Below are positions 1 to 14,842 of a stretch of 64,000 nucleotides of DNA, in pieces; positions within the stretch are counted from its first letter, which is position 1, and every line of letters starts with the position of its first letter. A model generated the notes under the pieces. The model had not been told where the DNA came from. It was given only the letters and a program-made list of their open reading frames with translations, and ran no database searches. The translations under genes were made by a program, and so were the position numbers. Source of the DNA: Octopus vulgaris. Its lineage: Eukaryota. The DNA is taken from NCBI GenBank assembly GCA_951406725.2, contig OX597829.1:20708001-20772000 (forward strand), read 5' to 3'.

Positions 1-1347
1 ACATCAATTTGCATCAATTTGTGTCCTTATATATTTACGAAGGGGAGACAAATACCCCCAACAGCTTCGAAGCTGTCAGGAAGCGTCGATGCTTCCTAGG
101 GCTAAACAGCGGTGGTGTAATCCCCTACTGTCACGTTAAGTTGACAGTATACAACCATTCTATCAACCCACCACCGTACATATCTCTATGAGATATTTAG
201 AAATTTAATATTTCTGATATCTTATAGTTTTTGTGATTTTATTCTCTTTTTGTTTAAGTTTAAATATATTTGTAGTTTTCATTGATAAAATGCATAGTTC
301 TATCTGTTTGTTCTATTTGTTTAAGCCATCTCTTCACAAGTAAATTTATAAACGCTAAGTAATACATTTTTCATTTTGAAATTTTTTAGTTCATATATCT
401 TCGGAAAGATAAGTATACTATTTATCTAAGAAACAATAATGTAATCTATTTGAATATTGATTGAAAAATATGGATTTCAATGCATACATACTCAATGTAT
501 TATGTATATTTAAATGGATGTCATAAAGGAACAAAGATATTTCTTTTTATTCACATGAGATTTTCAGCAATTTTTACTTACAGCTATTTTATTGTAGGAA
601 TTGACCAGATTTACAAGATTGTAAAAAAGAACAAATTAACAATTCAATTGTGTTGTATTTGTAACACTTAAAAGTTACCATGCCTTAAACCTTTCATTAC
701 CAACCCAGCTGAAACCAGCTCTGGCTCTGAGTACAAATGTCTTGTTTTCATAAGTTTTGAATTAAAATCTTCCACCAAACTTTAATCATAGTTTATGTTC
801 CTAACACTAGCTGAATGATAACTAAGTTATTTTACCAAATTCTTTGTTTTATTTAAAGTAATAGAAAGAAACACAGAGCATCTCAACCTAACTACCACCA
901 TGTTTCTTTTACTGCTCCTCGGGGTATCTAACTAGATCAAGGTATAGGTGAAACGTGAGTATTAGTAGAACTGTGTTTATATGACAAACACAGCTACGAA
1001 AGCAGAAAAAAGAAAACCACAACACAAGTGCGAACAAACAACACATACATAAACAAACAAGAAAATAAAACAAATTCCAAGAAACTCAATGACAGGACAG
1101 GATTACAATAATTGTGCTGTAAAACTGTTGTTGTACAGATTGTAAAGATAGATGAAATGGATCAGGCTGGTTAGGGTAACAGTTGGTGTGAGATAATATC
1201 ATAACAAAGTTAATTAAGATCATTGGAGGTAACACTCACGCTGGAACAGGTGAAAAATGACATTGAAGGGACATAACTATGATTAATGTGAAAGCCGTAC
1301 ATGCAATGTGTGCGTAAGGAATAAATGATTGTTTTATGAACTTCATT

Positions 1348-1428
1348 GGCTTACAGCTGTTTCTGCTCTAAGATGCAGTGGGCACATAGGTGGGTGCCTG
1401 AGTAAAACCTTATAGCTTCATCAGAGCC
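1348..1428 (-). ncRNA. Minimal type I hammerhead ribozyme motif
   Basis: Minus strand: GGCU-CUGAUGA-(long helix II)-GAAAC AGCU GUA-AGCC; palindromic loop III; helix II base imperfect. Confidence 0.6.
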
Positions 1429-4400
1429 TTGAATATGAAGTGTAATTTATGTACATACAAATGTACATGCAAACACACATGCACATATTACATGCACGTG
1501 CATTCAAACACATGCACACACACTGCACACATCCATGCATGCATGCATACATACACACACTGCATACACATGCACACATGGATATATATTTAAAAGTTTT
1601 TGCGAACATTACTTGATACTGTCTCAGTGTTTAAAGAAAGATTAAAAAACATTTTTTTTTTAAAAGCAATGGCATAACCCTTTTAGAATAAACTTTAATG
1701 TATTGTGTGTAAGTGCTTTCATTGTTCTATATATATATATACATGCTCACATGCATGCACACACACATAAAGATTGGAGAGGCTGAATAGTTAAGTAGTT
1801 AAGAAAGACTACAGAAGGGAACTGAGGAGAAAAAATACACTCCGTCATTTGAATGTTGAGGAATGGTGTGAGAAACCAACTAACTGAAGATATTTGTACG
1901 ATCTGAAATGTCCATGAATGTGAGATGAAATTCTTTTGGAATGCTAGTGAGTAAAGAAACTTTTTTGCAGACAGTATATGAATACTCTGCATGGTACAAA
2001 AACTACACAATTTATTTTTCTCTAAGGATATGGCTTTTGCTCTAGAAAGTATAGCTGTTTATTTAGTTTTCTAAAGGAATGCATGTGGAAATTAAATCTA
2101 GATTTAAAAGGGTTTGAAACTATAACAACATAGACCTTTAGATTTGTGGATAATGATCTCTGTACATTGGTACACAACACATTTAACCATGTAGTTTTAG
2201 TCCAGAGGGTAGGAGATTGGCATTAGTACAGTTACAAAAGGTTGACATGTTGTTTGTTGTTGATTTTTTTTTCTGCTTACCAATTTTAAAAGGCTAAATT
2301 TTAGTCAAAGTTTAGAGTAGTTGAGTGTGATAATTGAATATTATATTTGTTGGAGATTTTTGCTTATACACCATTTAAAAGAAAATCCTTTTCAAGGAGT
2401 TTAAAGAATTTTTGAACTAATGATGTAGTAACCATGATATTGAATTGGTTGTGAGTACTTGTTGATAGTTTTTTTTTTGACACACACACAGATATATATA
2501 CATATATATATACATATATATACAATGGACTTCTTTCAGTTTCTGTCTACAAAATCCACTCACAAAGCTTTAGTTGGCCGGAAGCTATAGTAGAAGACAC
2601 TTGCCCAAGTTGCTGCTATGTAGTAGGATAGAACCCAGAACTATATGATTAGGAAGCAAGCTTCTTACCTCACAGTCACTCCTGTGCTTATTTTAAAAAT
2701 TTCTATTACTTTTGTTACTCTGTCACTTTTGATCCAATTCTTACTTCGTCTTTACCATCATCTTATTTGATACACTCATGCATTGCAAGTAGAGCATGAT
2801 CACCATTTTTTAAGTTTCCATTATATTTAATAATAATAATAATGTTCTTAACTGATTGGAGGTGTTATCATGTACATTGTTTTCTCTTAGTTTAAAAGAT
2901 GGGCTACAGCAAATATTCTGCTCAATACCACAGTTAACTAGTCGAGCATGTTCCTTGCTGGCTGATGATATGTGCATCTCTAATCATGAGTGGAAGCAGT
3001 AGGAGAGCACCATAGCCATGTGTTGAGAGGAATTCTTTGGGATTTGAATAATTCATGTCTGGAAACATGGGTGGTTCATTCAAACAACCCTTATTCAGGG
3101 ACCTTTTGAATGGGATGGGTTACTCGACCAGAAGAAAATTCTAACTGGGCCCCATCTGCAAGGTCATGTGCTGTTTAGCGTGATATGAGATCACCCTGTT
3201 GCACACATATGGTTGTGATGCATGTGCCTGGTGTGTCCTTATCAGACGAGTGATCATGATGGGTATATTGGGCTTTGTATAATTGTATCCCAATGTCACT
3301 TTAATGGCATGCACTGCTCTCTCACTCAATAATAATAAATTGATTGCATCAACCCCAGTGCACAACAGATACTTATTTTATCGACCCTGAAAGGTTGAAA
3401 GGCAAGTTGCCTCGGTGGAATTTGAACCCAGAAATATCAGATGAAATATCACTAAGCATTTCACCTGGTGTGCTAACAATTCTTCCAGCTCATCATCTTA
3501 ATAGTAATGATGATAATAATAATGATTTCATTTATTTGCCACAAGGGTGAAGGATGAGGGGACAATACAAAGACAGACATAAAGTGTTGGGGTTTACATA
3601 TAATGAAATGATTAAAAAAGGGAAAGAAAGAAATTAAGTATACACTGAAAAAGAAGGAACATATGCTTAGCATACAAAGCTTTATAAAAAGAAGTAGCAG
3701 GGAAGATGGTAGCGATGTGGCCCTCCTGATACAGTAAGGCCTCGAGGGATAATCAAGGAACCCTACTGTCCGAGGTTCCCCTGAAATACCAAGAGCAAGT
3801 GCCCTCTCCAATTCCTTCTCTCCGACTCACAGGTCTACACTTAGAGAGGTACCATCCACTCTCGCAATTTTCGCATCTTTCACTCACCTTTCAATAAACT
3901 CACTCGAGGACAGCACTTCCCTCTCCACTCTCAGTCAATGAGAGTTCCACCAAAAGAGGAATGTATCTGTATTCATTTATTTCAGCCTTATCCACCATAC
4001 AACCTCATAGACAAATGGCTGAAGGAGATTGAAATAGAATGCCTGGTAGAACTCCTACAGAAAGTTTGTCTCTTATGGACAGCAAGGATTATCAGGATTC
4101 TAAACACTTGAAAGGCAACTGAGATCTTGTGGATACCCAAAGTTACCGGTAGTAATCCACTTCCCACATAATTCTTGCCAGTAATAAAACCAAACCTGAG
4201 ACTAACCAAAATAATAACGATGATAATGATTTCAAATTTTGGTGCTAGGCCAACAATTTCGAGGGAGGAATTAAGTGAATTAAATCGACCCCAGTGTTTA
4301 ACTAGTTTTTATTTTATCAACCCAGAAAGGATGATAGGTAAAGTCTACCTCAGTGGAATTTGAACTCAAAATGGGAAGAATGAGGAAATGCCACTAAACA

Positions 4401-5525
4401 TTTAACCCCGTGTGCTAACGATACTGTCAATAATAAGGATTAATATATGTGCTTGTGTATGTGCTGCCCCTTACCCTAAATTCCCAGTCTACTTTATATA
4501 AGGTACACACATTCACAACGTATCTATTCTACAATTGTTTTTTAATATATGAATTTTAAGAGAGACTTAGCTGCTATTTTTAACAGGTTGATTAACTATA
4601 TACGTAATAAAAAAAAAAAAGCTTCCATCTTTTGAAGAGAATAAACATTGAGTAAGGGAGATAATTCTAAATGTCTTTTTTTGAGTTTTCATTTTTTTTT
4701 TGGTCAATACCCCTTCATTTTTACTCATCTTCCTTTAATGCTTTCAATTAGTCCTTAAATTTTGGTTTATCAATTTCGGTATATTGAATTTATTTTAAAT
4801 TGTAATCAACAATTAAGGTCCAACTACATAAAGCTCCAACCTTCGTAATAAAAAAATTAAAAAAAGAGACAGAGGTCTTCTATAATTTACTCTTTTACTT
4901 TTTACTTGTTTTTGCAATCATTAGACTGCGGCCATGCTGGGGCACCGCCTTGAAGAATTTATAGTTGGGTGAATCGACCCCAGTACTTTTTTTCTAAGCC
5001 TGCTACTTATTCTATGGGTCTCTTTTGCCGAACCGCTAAGTTATAGAGGACATAAACACACCAATACTGGTGGTGGTTGTGGTGGTGAACAAACACAGAC
5101 GCAACACACACACGCCCATGTATATATATATTCTTTTACTTGATTCAAACATTTGATTTTGTGGCCATGCTGGAGCACTACCGTAAATGGTTTTAGTAAA
5201 AAAAAAATCGACCCCAGCATTTATTCTTTGTAAGCCTAGTACTTATTCTATCGGTTACTTTTGACAAACTGCTAAGTTGCGGGGACGTAAACACACCAGC
5301 ACTGGTTGTCAAGCAATGGTTGGTGGGACAAACACAGACACAAAGACACACACCTATAAATATATACATGTATATGATGGGCTTTCAGTTTCCATCTACT
5401 AAATGCACTCACAAGGCTTTGGTCAGCCTGAGGCTGTGGAAGAAGACACTTGCCGAAGGTGCCACGCAATAGAACTGAATCCGGAACCATGTGGTTGGGA
5501 AGCTTTTTACCACACAGTCACATTT

Positions 5526-5581
<56 letters not shown>

Positions 5582-6970
5582 ATATATAGAATAGGTGAAG
5601 GCTCAGTGGTTAGAGTGTCAAGCTTATGATCGTGAGGTTGTGAACTCGAATCCCGGACCAGGCTGCGTGTTGTGTTCTTGAGCAAGACACTTTATTTCAC
5701 GTTGCTCCAGTTTACTCAGCTGTAGAAATGAGTTGCGATGTCACTGGTGCCAAACTGTATCGGCCCCTTTGCCTTTCCCTTGGATAACACTGGTGGCATG
5801 GAGAGGGGAGGCCGGTATGTGTGGGTGACTGCTGGTCTTCCATAAACAACCTTACCTGGACTTGTGCCTGGGAGGGTAACTTTCTAGGTGCAATCCCATG
5901 GTCTGTGTCGTGACAGAAGGGGGTCTCGGATATACAGAATGGGCTTCTTTCAGTTCTTCTGAGTCTTGCATGCCATACCCATTGGACCATGTCTGCTATT
6001 TGGTCCATAACCGAAACTTTCCACAAGTACAAGTACCCCAATGCAGAGCCAGGTGAGTAAGGAGGAGAGAGTAGGGCATAATTTGATACTCTCCACCACT
6101 ACCAAAAAAAAAAAAAATCATCTTGCACTCCCTGGCTGGAGCCTCACCACATGATGAAATTTTATGCATTGCCAAGAAAGCCAAAGGTGAGTAAATACAA
6201 CTCTTTCACAATAATGAAAGTGGAGGAGCGTGGTTTAGTGGGTATGGTGTTGGACCCATGGTCATAAGGTCTGAATTTTCAATTCCCAGACCGGGTGATG
6301 CATTGAGCTCTTTAGGCAGCGAGCTGGCAGAATCGTTAGCACGCTGGGTGAAATGCGTAGCCGTATTTCGTCTTATGTTACGTTCTGAGTTCAAATTCCG
6401 CCAAGGTCGACTTTGCCTTTCATCCTTTCGGGGTCGATAAATTAAGTACCAGTTATACACTGGGGGCGATGTAATCGACTTAATCCGTTTGTTTAATCCC
6501 CTCTGTGTTTAGCCCCTTGTGGGTAGTAAAGAAATAGCATTGTGTTCTTAAGCAAAACACTTCATTTTACATTCCTCTACATCACTCATTTGTAAATAAG
6601 AAACTCTAAAAATGAACTGATGTCCTGTTCATGTGGAAAGCCTTGCTCTTGGTCACATAAATGCCATGGAAACTAGTTAACTGGACTGAGGAGTCCTAGG
6701 ACTCCACACACTAATGTCCAGGGAACTTAGACAAGTTCTAAAACTGAATAAATTGGGGTAAAATGTGCTCAAGTTTGAATGACATTCTAATGGAAACAGT
6801 TATATGGATAGGTAACGATTTTGTGGCAGCGTTTTACAACCAGGTGCCCCAGGACCCTAGGGTTCTGCAAGGTTTCTAGAGGTTGCGCAAGAAAGTGTGA
6901 GATAAGCTAATGCTAATTTCATAATATATAATTATATATATGTATGTATGTATGTATATCTATCTATCTA

Positions 6971-7009
<39 letters not shown>

Positions 7010-7118
7010 TCATCATCATCATCATCATTTAGCGTCTGCTTTCCATGCTAGCATGGGTTAGACGGTTCAACTGGGGTCTGTGAAGCTGGAAGGCTTCGTC
7101 AGAATCTGGCAGTGTTTC

Positions 7119-7807
7119 TACGGATGGTGCTTTTATGTGTCACCGGCATGGGGGCCAGGCGAGGCTGGCAACGGACACGAACGGATGGTGCTTTTACGTG
7201 TGCCACCGACACGGGGGCCAGACAGAGCTGGCAAACTGCCACGAACGGATGGTGCTTTTACGTGTCACTGGCATGGGGGCCAGGCGAGGCTGGCAACGCG
7301 AACGGATGGACGCACGGCAAGCTGGATGGTGCTTTTACGTGTCACTGGCATGGGGGCCAGGCGAGGCTGGCAATGGACACGAACGGATGGTGGCCACCCG
7401 AGAGCTGGCAAACTGCCACGAACGGATGGTGCTTTTACGTGTCACCGGCATGGGGGCCAGGCGAGGCTGGCAAAGGACACAAATGGATGGTGCTTTTATG
7501 TGCCACCGAACGGGGGCCAGACAGAGCTGGCAAACTGCCACGAACGGATGGTGCTTTTACGTGTCACTGGCACGGGGGCCAGGCGAGGCTGGCAATGGAC
7601 ACGAACGGATGGTGCTTTTACGTGCCACCGACACGTGGGCCAGACAAAGCTGGCAAACGGCCACGAACGGATGGTGCTTTTACGTGCCACCGACACGGGG
7701 GCCAGACAGAGCTGGCAATCGGCCACGAACGGATGGTGCTTTTACGTGTCACCGGCACGGGGGCCACGCGAGGCTGGCAATGGACACGAACGGATGTTGC
7801 TTTTATG
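7119..7807 (+). repeat. GC-rich ~58-bp minisatellite (about 12 units, two alternating variants) inside an interspersed repeat
   Basis: Recurrent ACGGATGGTGCTTTTACGTG... unit; about 1.5 units in the related repeat at 46840-46930. Confidence 0.9.
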
Positions 7808-7836
7808 TTATATATATATATATATTATATTATTAT

Positions 7837-8069
7837 ATGTGCATGAGGGAACTTCCTTATGCCTTTCCAGAAGGTTCCAGAAGGTTCCAACCCCGCACAC
7901 ACACACTGAAGAAGGACGTTGCGCACACGCACACTGAAGAATGACGTTGCGTGTGCGCACACTGGAACATGACGTCACTACAAAGGTGACGTTCCGCACA
8001 CGCACACTGAAGAATGACATTGCGTGTGCGCACACTGGAACATGACATCACTACATACCCTTAAATAAG
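7837..8069 (-). repeat. Inverted copy of 8804-9036
   Basis: Reverse-complement match including 14 nt of flank outside the putative LTR. Confidence 0.85.
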
Positions 8070-8164
8070 AAATATATTATATATATATATTATATTAAAT
8101 TAGAGATAAAACCACTATTAGGCAAATCATACATTGATTAAACCTCGCCAAGTTAAATATTTAA

Positions 8165-8232
8165 ACCACCTGAAGAATGACTGTAACTCGAAAATTTTAA
8201 GAATTGAACAGCCATGAAACGATTGTAGTGTT
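8165..8232 (+). ncRNA. Degenerate minimal hammerhead motif between ~43-bp inverted repeats (about 8091-8133 / 8318-8360)
   Basis: CAC-CUGAAGA-AUGACUGU...ACAGCCAU-GAAAC GAUU GUA-GUG. Confidence 0.6.
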
Positions 8233-8817
8233 ATATTAATTATCTTTTTTAATAATTTTGATATATATTTAAATAATATAAATTAATTAATCTTATGTAT
8301 TGGCTTAAGTTTTTCATTGTATGATTTGCCTAATAGTGGTTTTATCTCTAATTTAATATAATATAATATTTTACTATAAAATTGGATTCAATCCTAAATC
8401 TGATTTTTCCCTGTAAGTTTGGATTTACTCCCTAATATTTTATTATATATATATACACACACACATATATTTATACACACACACATATATATTTACAATG
8501 TGAACTATGATGAAAAATATGAGAAAGATATTGTATATAATTTTTTGTGCAGTGGTTCCTTGAGAGATGTAATTTATTTTAAGGGTTACACAAGGATAAA
8601 AAGGGTGAGAATACACTAGATTAGGGTATTCAACACAAGACCATAAGCTCATGAGTTTGATTCCCAGTGGCTAATTGTGCCCTTGAGCAAGACACTTTAT
8701 TTTTGGTTGCTCCAGACCACTTAGCTGGCAAAAATGAGTTGTACCTGTAATTGAAAAGGGCCAACCTTTTCACATTCTGTGTCATGCTGAGTCTCCCTGA
8801 GAACTTATTTAAGGGTA

Positions 8818-9506
8818 TGTAGTGACGTCATATTCCAGTGTGTGCACACGCAACGTCATTCTTCAGTGTGCATGTGTGGAATGTCACCTTTGTAGTGACG
8901 TCATGTTCCAGTGTGCGCACACGCAACGTCATTCTTCAGTGTACCTGTGCGGAACGTCCTTCTTCAGTGTGCGTGTGCGGGGTTGGAACCTTCTGGAACC
9001 TTCTAGAAAGGCATAAGGAAGTTCCCTCATGCACATGCGCTAGAGACTGAAGAATAAATTCCATAGCGTTCCTTAATAGCATCGGGGACTTGAGACACGG
9101 CGATAGAAGAGAAAGGACGTATATTTTGAAACCTGTGATCAGCCTATTCTCCTGTCCCAGACGCTTAGGATTTAACCTGTTCTACTGCTGCTGAATTGTT
9201 GTAAAGCTTACAAACGTTTGAATTCAGCCTTGTTGCGTTGAACTAGGTGGATATCAGCATACCATCGTGTTTCATTGTTGAACCAAAGAAAATAAAGAAT
9301 TATATATATTTTTAAACTTGCGTTTCGTTCCTGACTGGTAGTTTCTATAAACAAAAAGAAAGGAAATTGTGTTGCACCCAAGTTGCACCCCAAAAGTGTA
9401 AAGAAGCAACCAGTTCCCTTTACAGGTATAATCATATCTGTTGATCAGATTAACTGAAACACTTGTAGCAGATGGAGTGTCAGTTTTGTTGAATTCTTGA
9501 ACCTTA
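8818..9506 (+). mobile_element. Probable solo LTR inserted in a SINE
   Basis: Begins TGTAGTG, flanked by GGGTA direct repeats (8813-8817, 9507-9511), internal tandem subrepeats and AATAAA; 3' end reads TA rather than CA. Confidence 0.55.
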
Positions 9507-11082
9507 GGGTACACATTTGTAGGAGGCATTACATCAAAGGCATTCCAAATGTGACCATCCCATCTTTGTAGGGATATATAAGGCTATGTTATTCTATGTG
9601 TCCATTCCATTCCTTATTTCAAGATGGTGGAATGTTATTTGAAGAGAGTTGACTGTTGTTTCTAGCAGGTTGAATAACTGTAGAGGCTAACCTTGTCTGC
9701 TGTTATTGCTGCAAAAGTTTTAAATCTTGCAAACTCTTGGAGAAACTATGCCTGCCAACCCAATGGAATACAGATTCAGAATTGGAAACACCACCACCAT
9801 TACCTCATGTAAATAAAAAAAAAAAAAACTAAATGATTGAATTAGTTTGTTTTCACATTGGGGGTCATAAACTGTACACGGAACCCCAGGTGGCTGTGAC
9901 AGCTGTGTACAGAATGGAGGGGGAGGAGAAGACTGTGGTGATGGTGGTGCTGCTGTTGGAATGAAGAATGAGGAAGTATGACGGATGTTTCTTAGATTAG
10001 AAATGAAGAACTCCAAAGTAGTTCTTGCTTGGGGCAGTATTGCTTTGGAGTACCAACTATGGCAAAATTAAAAGAATGTAAAATATAGACAGATTCAAAG
10101 AGAGAGCGCAGGGAGGGTGACAAATTTGGTAGTTTAGAAAATAGATTACTAAATTAGGGATAATGTTGTCCCAGATTTTTTTAAAAATTTGATCAGTTGA
10201 AATAAATAAGGATACTGGAATCATGCTTAAGAATTTTTTGAATTTTTGCAGACTTAAATATTTACATTCTATGTATATAAATGAGAGTGAAATACTCTGT
10301 CAATATCAGGAAAAGGAATGCAAATTACTTAGATTTGCCATTTCCAAAGAATTTATTGGCCATGTCAGAACCGTCATATGTATATAAATGAGGTAAGGAA
10401 TGAAAATCTAATTAATGACTCCACTACCACTACTGCCATCTTTGTCATCATCATCGTCAGCGGTAGCAGCATTGTCCTCCTCCTCCTCATCATCATTATC
10501 GTTATCATTATCATCATCCTTGTTATCATCATCAACATTGTCGCCGTCATCAGCATCATCAGTCGTTATTATCATCAGGAACATCATCATTATTGTCATC
10601 ATCATCACCATTATCATCATTATCATTGACATCATTATTATCAGTGTCATCATTACCTATTTCTTTATTACCCACAAGGGGCTAAACACAGAGGGGACAA
10701 ACAAGGACAGACAGAGTTGCTGAAGCATGGAATAAACTGCCTGCGTCAGTTGTTGACTGCCATGACACTGCATCCTTTAAGGCCCTCATGCTTTCCGAAA
10801 TCCGTCGAAACTACACCTGATTATATATACACTTTCGATGAGTTGTGGTGCACCTGAGCACTGTACACAATGTTTATTATTATTATTATTATAGGTATTA
10901 AGTCGATTACATCGACCCCAGTGCGTAACTGGTACTTAATTTATCGACCCCGAAAGGATGAAAGGCAAAGTCGACCTCGGCGGAATTTGAACTCACAACG
11001 TAACGCAGACGAAATACCGCTAAGCATTTTGCCCGTCGTGCTAACGTTTCTGCCAGCTCGCCGCCTTAAGTGTCATCATTAC

Positions 11083-11121
<39 letters not shown>

Positions 11122-12307
11122 TGTCATTATCTCATCATTGTCTTTAAATCCCTTTCCTCACACTTGCATGGGCCGAACAAAGCTTTATTGAAGCAGATTT
11201 TCCTTCCCTGACTGGATGCTCTTACTGTTACTAACCCTCACTTATTTTCCAAACAAGGGGAATATTTCCCAGCACATGGAGTTTTTTTTTCCCCCAGAAA
11301 ATCAAAAGCAAATGATATCAAATATGTATGAATGCTGTTTCTTGCTTAGAATTAGCACACATTAAAACAGGGTGACAAAAACATATATACATACATCTAT
11401 GCATACATGCACACATACATATGTGTATATGATATGTCATCATCATCGTCATCATCGTTTAATATCCACATTCTATGCTGGCATGGGTTGGACGGTTTGA
11501 CAGGAGCCAGCCAGGTAGAACATTGCCCCAGACTACTGTATCCATTTTGGCATGGTTTCTATGGCTGGATACCCTTCCTAACATCAACCACCCTACAGAG
11601 TGGATTGAGAGTTTTTTATGTGCCACCAATGCATGTGAGGTCAGTTCTGGCATGTTTTTTTTTTACAGCTGGATGCCCTTCCAAATGCCAACCACTTCAC
11701 AGTGTGGGCTGGATGCTTTTTACAATATGTATGTATACAATATTGATATGAAATTTTGGCACAAGGCCGGCAGTTTCAGACAAGGAGTGTAAGTTGATAT
11801 AACACTGACCTTCCAGCATTCAACTGGTCCTTATTTTATTGACTCCGAAAGAATGAAAGGCTGAGTAGACCTCAGTGGAATTAAGCATTTTGCTCGACGT
11901 GCTAACAATTCTGCCAGCTTAATGTAAAGTGCTCTCCCTTTCATCTTGTGAGTTACATTGCAACCTCACCAGTACCCTCTATGACACTGGTACCCTCTAT
12001 AAAGTGATTGCTGTTGGGGCGGGGGGGGGGGGATCCAGCCATAGCAGACATTAGAGCATGGTGTAGTTCTCCAATGGATGTTAAATGATATTGATGATAA
12101 TGATGATGATGATGTTGATTATGATGAGCTTTTAATTTCCAACTCCCAAATACTCCCAAATACTCCCAAATGAACTGGCTGGACCAGGGTTATTTAGTAG
12201 AAAATACTTGCCGTAGGTGCCACACAATGGGACTGAACCGAGTACCATGCCATTAGAGAGCAAACTTCTTCACCAAACAGCGACGCCTGCCCCTTAATAA
12301 TAATAAT

Positions 12308-12349
<42 letters not shown>

Positions 12350-12718
12350 TCTTTCTGCTGTAGACACAAGGCCTGAAATTTAGGAGGAGGGGTCCTGTCG
12401 ATTACATTGATCCCAGTATGCAACTGGTACCTAATTTATCAGCCTCAAAAGGATGAAAGGCAAAGTTGACCTTGGCAGAATTTGAACTCAGAATGTAGCA
12501 GCAGACAAAACAGCACTAAGTATTTTAGCCAGCATGCTAACAATTCTGCCAGCCTACTGCCTTAAATAGAAATAATGATAATAATTTCTTCTATAGGCAG
12601 AAAACCTGAAATTTTGGTTGTCAAGTTAAAAAATTAGTCTCAGAACCACTAATTCCTAAATTTGGCTCCATTCTATTTCACTTGAGCAAATATCTTTCAT
12701 CATAGCTTTAGGTCAAAC

Positions 12719-12757
<39 letters not shown>

Positions 12758-13513
12758 ATTTTTGCATGTTTGTGTTTATTCTAGTTGTTTATGTTGTGTT
12801 TTGCCAAGTCCATAACTTTGGTTCAACAAATTACGATCAATCAAATGCCAATCTGTAATAAGTGCCATTACAGATTGATTAACAAAACCCTTGAAGGTGG
12901 TGCCCCACCCACCATGGCCACAGTACTCATGTGATGGTGCTTTGATTGTAAACAAAAGCTTCACCATTCATAAGAAAACAGGGTCAATTTACCAGCTGAT
13001 GATTGGAAATGAATAACTGAGTACAGGAAATTAGAGCCTTTCAGTTATCTTAGTTGTCATTATCATCATTGTTTAATGTCCATTTCCCATGCTGGCTATG
13101 GATTGGATGTTTTGAAATGGAGCTGGCCAGTCAAGCTGTCCAGACTCCAATTGTCTGTTGTGACATGGTTCCTATGGCTGGATGCCCTTCCTAATGCCAA
13201 TCACTTAACAGAGTGTACTGGATGCTTTTTATGTTCCACCTGTACAGTTGCATTTACACAGTACTGGCACAGGTGCTTTACAAGTGGCACCAGCACCTGA
13301 AAGGACAAGCTTGAATGTGTAGAAGACAGCAATTCTGCTTAGCTTGACTTGTCTTATCAAGTACAGCAAATCATCACATCTCCCAGTCCCTTGTCATTTC
13401 CTCAATGAGGCCCAGCATTTGAAGATCCTTTCTCACCACTTTATCCCACATCTTCCTGGGTTACTCTCCACAATTAGAGCTCAGCACTTCTTTATGCAAC
13501 TATCCTCATCCAT

Positions 13514-13786
13514 TGTTTGTTCCTTCTCGAGCCACGCCTGGCTCATAAGGGCCAGTTTCCCAGTTTCCTTGGCATATAGGTTCCCCACCTGGACGGGACG
13601 CCAGTCCATCGCAGGTGAGCTGCAAGATGCAGGAAGAAAGAGTGAGAGAAAGCTGTGGCAAAAGAGTCAGCAGAAATTCACCATTACCTTCTGCCTTAAA
13701 CACTCACATCGCCCAGTCCGAGATTTGAACCCATGATCCCTCAACCGTGAGTCCGCTGCTCTAACCACTAGGCCATGTGCCTCCAC
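13514..13786 (-). mobile_element. tRNA-derived SINE with 12-bp TSD
   Basis: ATCCTCATCCAT at 13502-13513 and 13787-13798; A/B box-like head; family mate at about 32175-32485 (+). Confidence 0.85.
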
Positions 13787-14202
13787 ATCCTCATCCATAC
13801 ACATTATTAAAGAATACTTTACTTGTGTATTGAATCCTGTATTTTATCACTTCTGGTGAATCGACAGAGATTTATGTACATTACGTATATATTGCTTTCT
13901 TAGCACTATATGGCTATATGATGTCTTTCCTCAATATGAACAGCACAGTGCTGTGGCTTTCTACAACATACCCATGTATATAGAATGCTATTCTGAACTA
14001 ATTAAGCTTCTGTTGCTAACAACACACACACACGCAAGCAAATACATATCTACAAGTGTATGTATGTATCTATATATATACATAAAAAATTAATACCAGT
14101 TTTAAAGTTTATGTTTGAGAATTTTTTTAAAATTCAATTTTTTTATTCTTTGTTTGTGTTATTTATTTATGTATTCATGCATTTATTTATTTCTCTTTGC
14201 AG

Positions 14203-14332
14203 TTGTACAGATGGTTGGCAAGGACCACTTTGTGATCAATGCAGTCTTTATCCAGGCTGTATGCACGGCACCTGTAGAGAACCTTGGGAATGTAACTGTG
14301 CTAGGAATTGGGGGGACTTCTCTGTAATAAAG
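14203..14332 (+). CDS. JAG1: Jagged exon, EGF1 end + EGF2 ([43 protein letters not shown]); 1-nt frameshift in G run
   Basis: Acceptor ttgcAG, donor GTttgt. The WGGLLCNK end needs 7 G at 14310-14315 but 6 are present. Confidence 0.9.
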
Positions 14333-14378
14333 GTTTGTCAATTTACATTTCATTATTATTCTTTCTTTATTATTATTC

Positions 14379-14433
<55 letters not shown>

Positions 14434-14439
14434 TATTTA

Positions 14440-14472
<33 letters not shown>

Positions 14473-14473
14473 G

Positions 14474-14524
<51 letters not shown>

Positions 14525-14775
14525 TATTATAATTATTAAGGCGGCAACCTGGCAGAATCATTAGCATGCTGGGAAAAATGCTTAGCAGTATTTTGTCCGG
14601 TTTTACGTTCTGAGTTCAAATTCTGCAGAGGTCAACTTTGCCTTTCATTCTTTCAGGGTCAGTAAATTGAGTACCAGTGAAACACTTGGGGTCAATGTAA
14701 TCTTCTAGTCCCCTGCCCCACAAATTTCAGGCCTTGTACCTATAGTAAAAAGAAGGATTATTATTATTATTATCA

Positions 14776-14842
<67 letters not shown>

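Noticed and set aside
5600-5660. tRNA gene-like A/B boxes here and at many other sites
   Set aside because: They continue into SINE bodies and do not form a full cloverleaf.
7119-7807. CRISPR-like regular repeat
   Set aside because: The intervening segments are themselves repeated rather than unique spacers; the context is eukaryotic and there are no cas genes.
7080-7944. Three overlapping 244-285 aa ORFs
   Set aside because: They are translations of a stop-free minisatellite, with no splice or domain evidence.
10374-10723. Poly-Ser/Asp/Ile/His ORFs
   Set aside because: They derive from a degenerate (CAT)n microsatellite.
1-14200. Upstream Jagged exons (DSL, EGF1)
   Set aside because: No Cys-patterned exon with splice sites was seen; the region appears to be intron.
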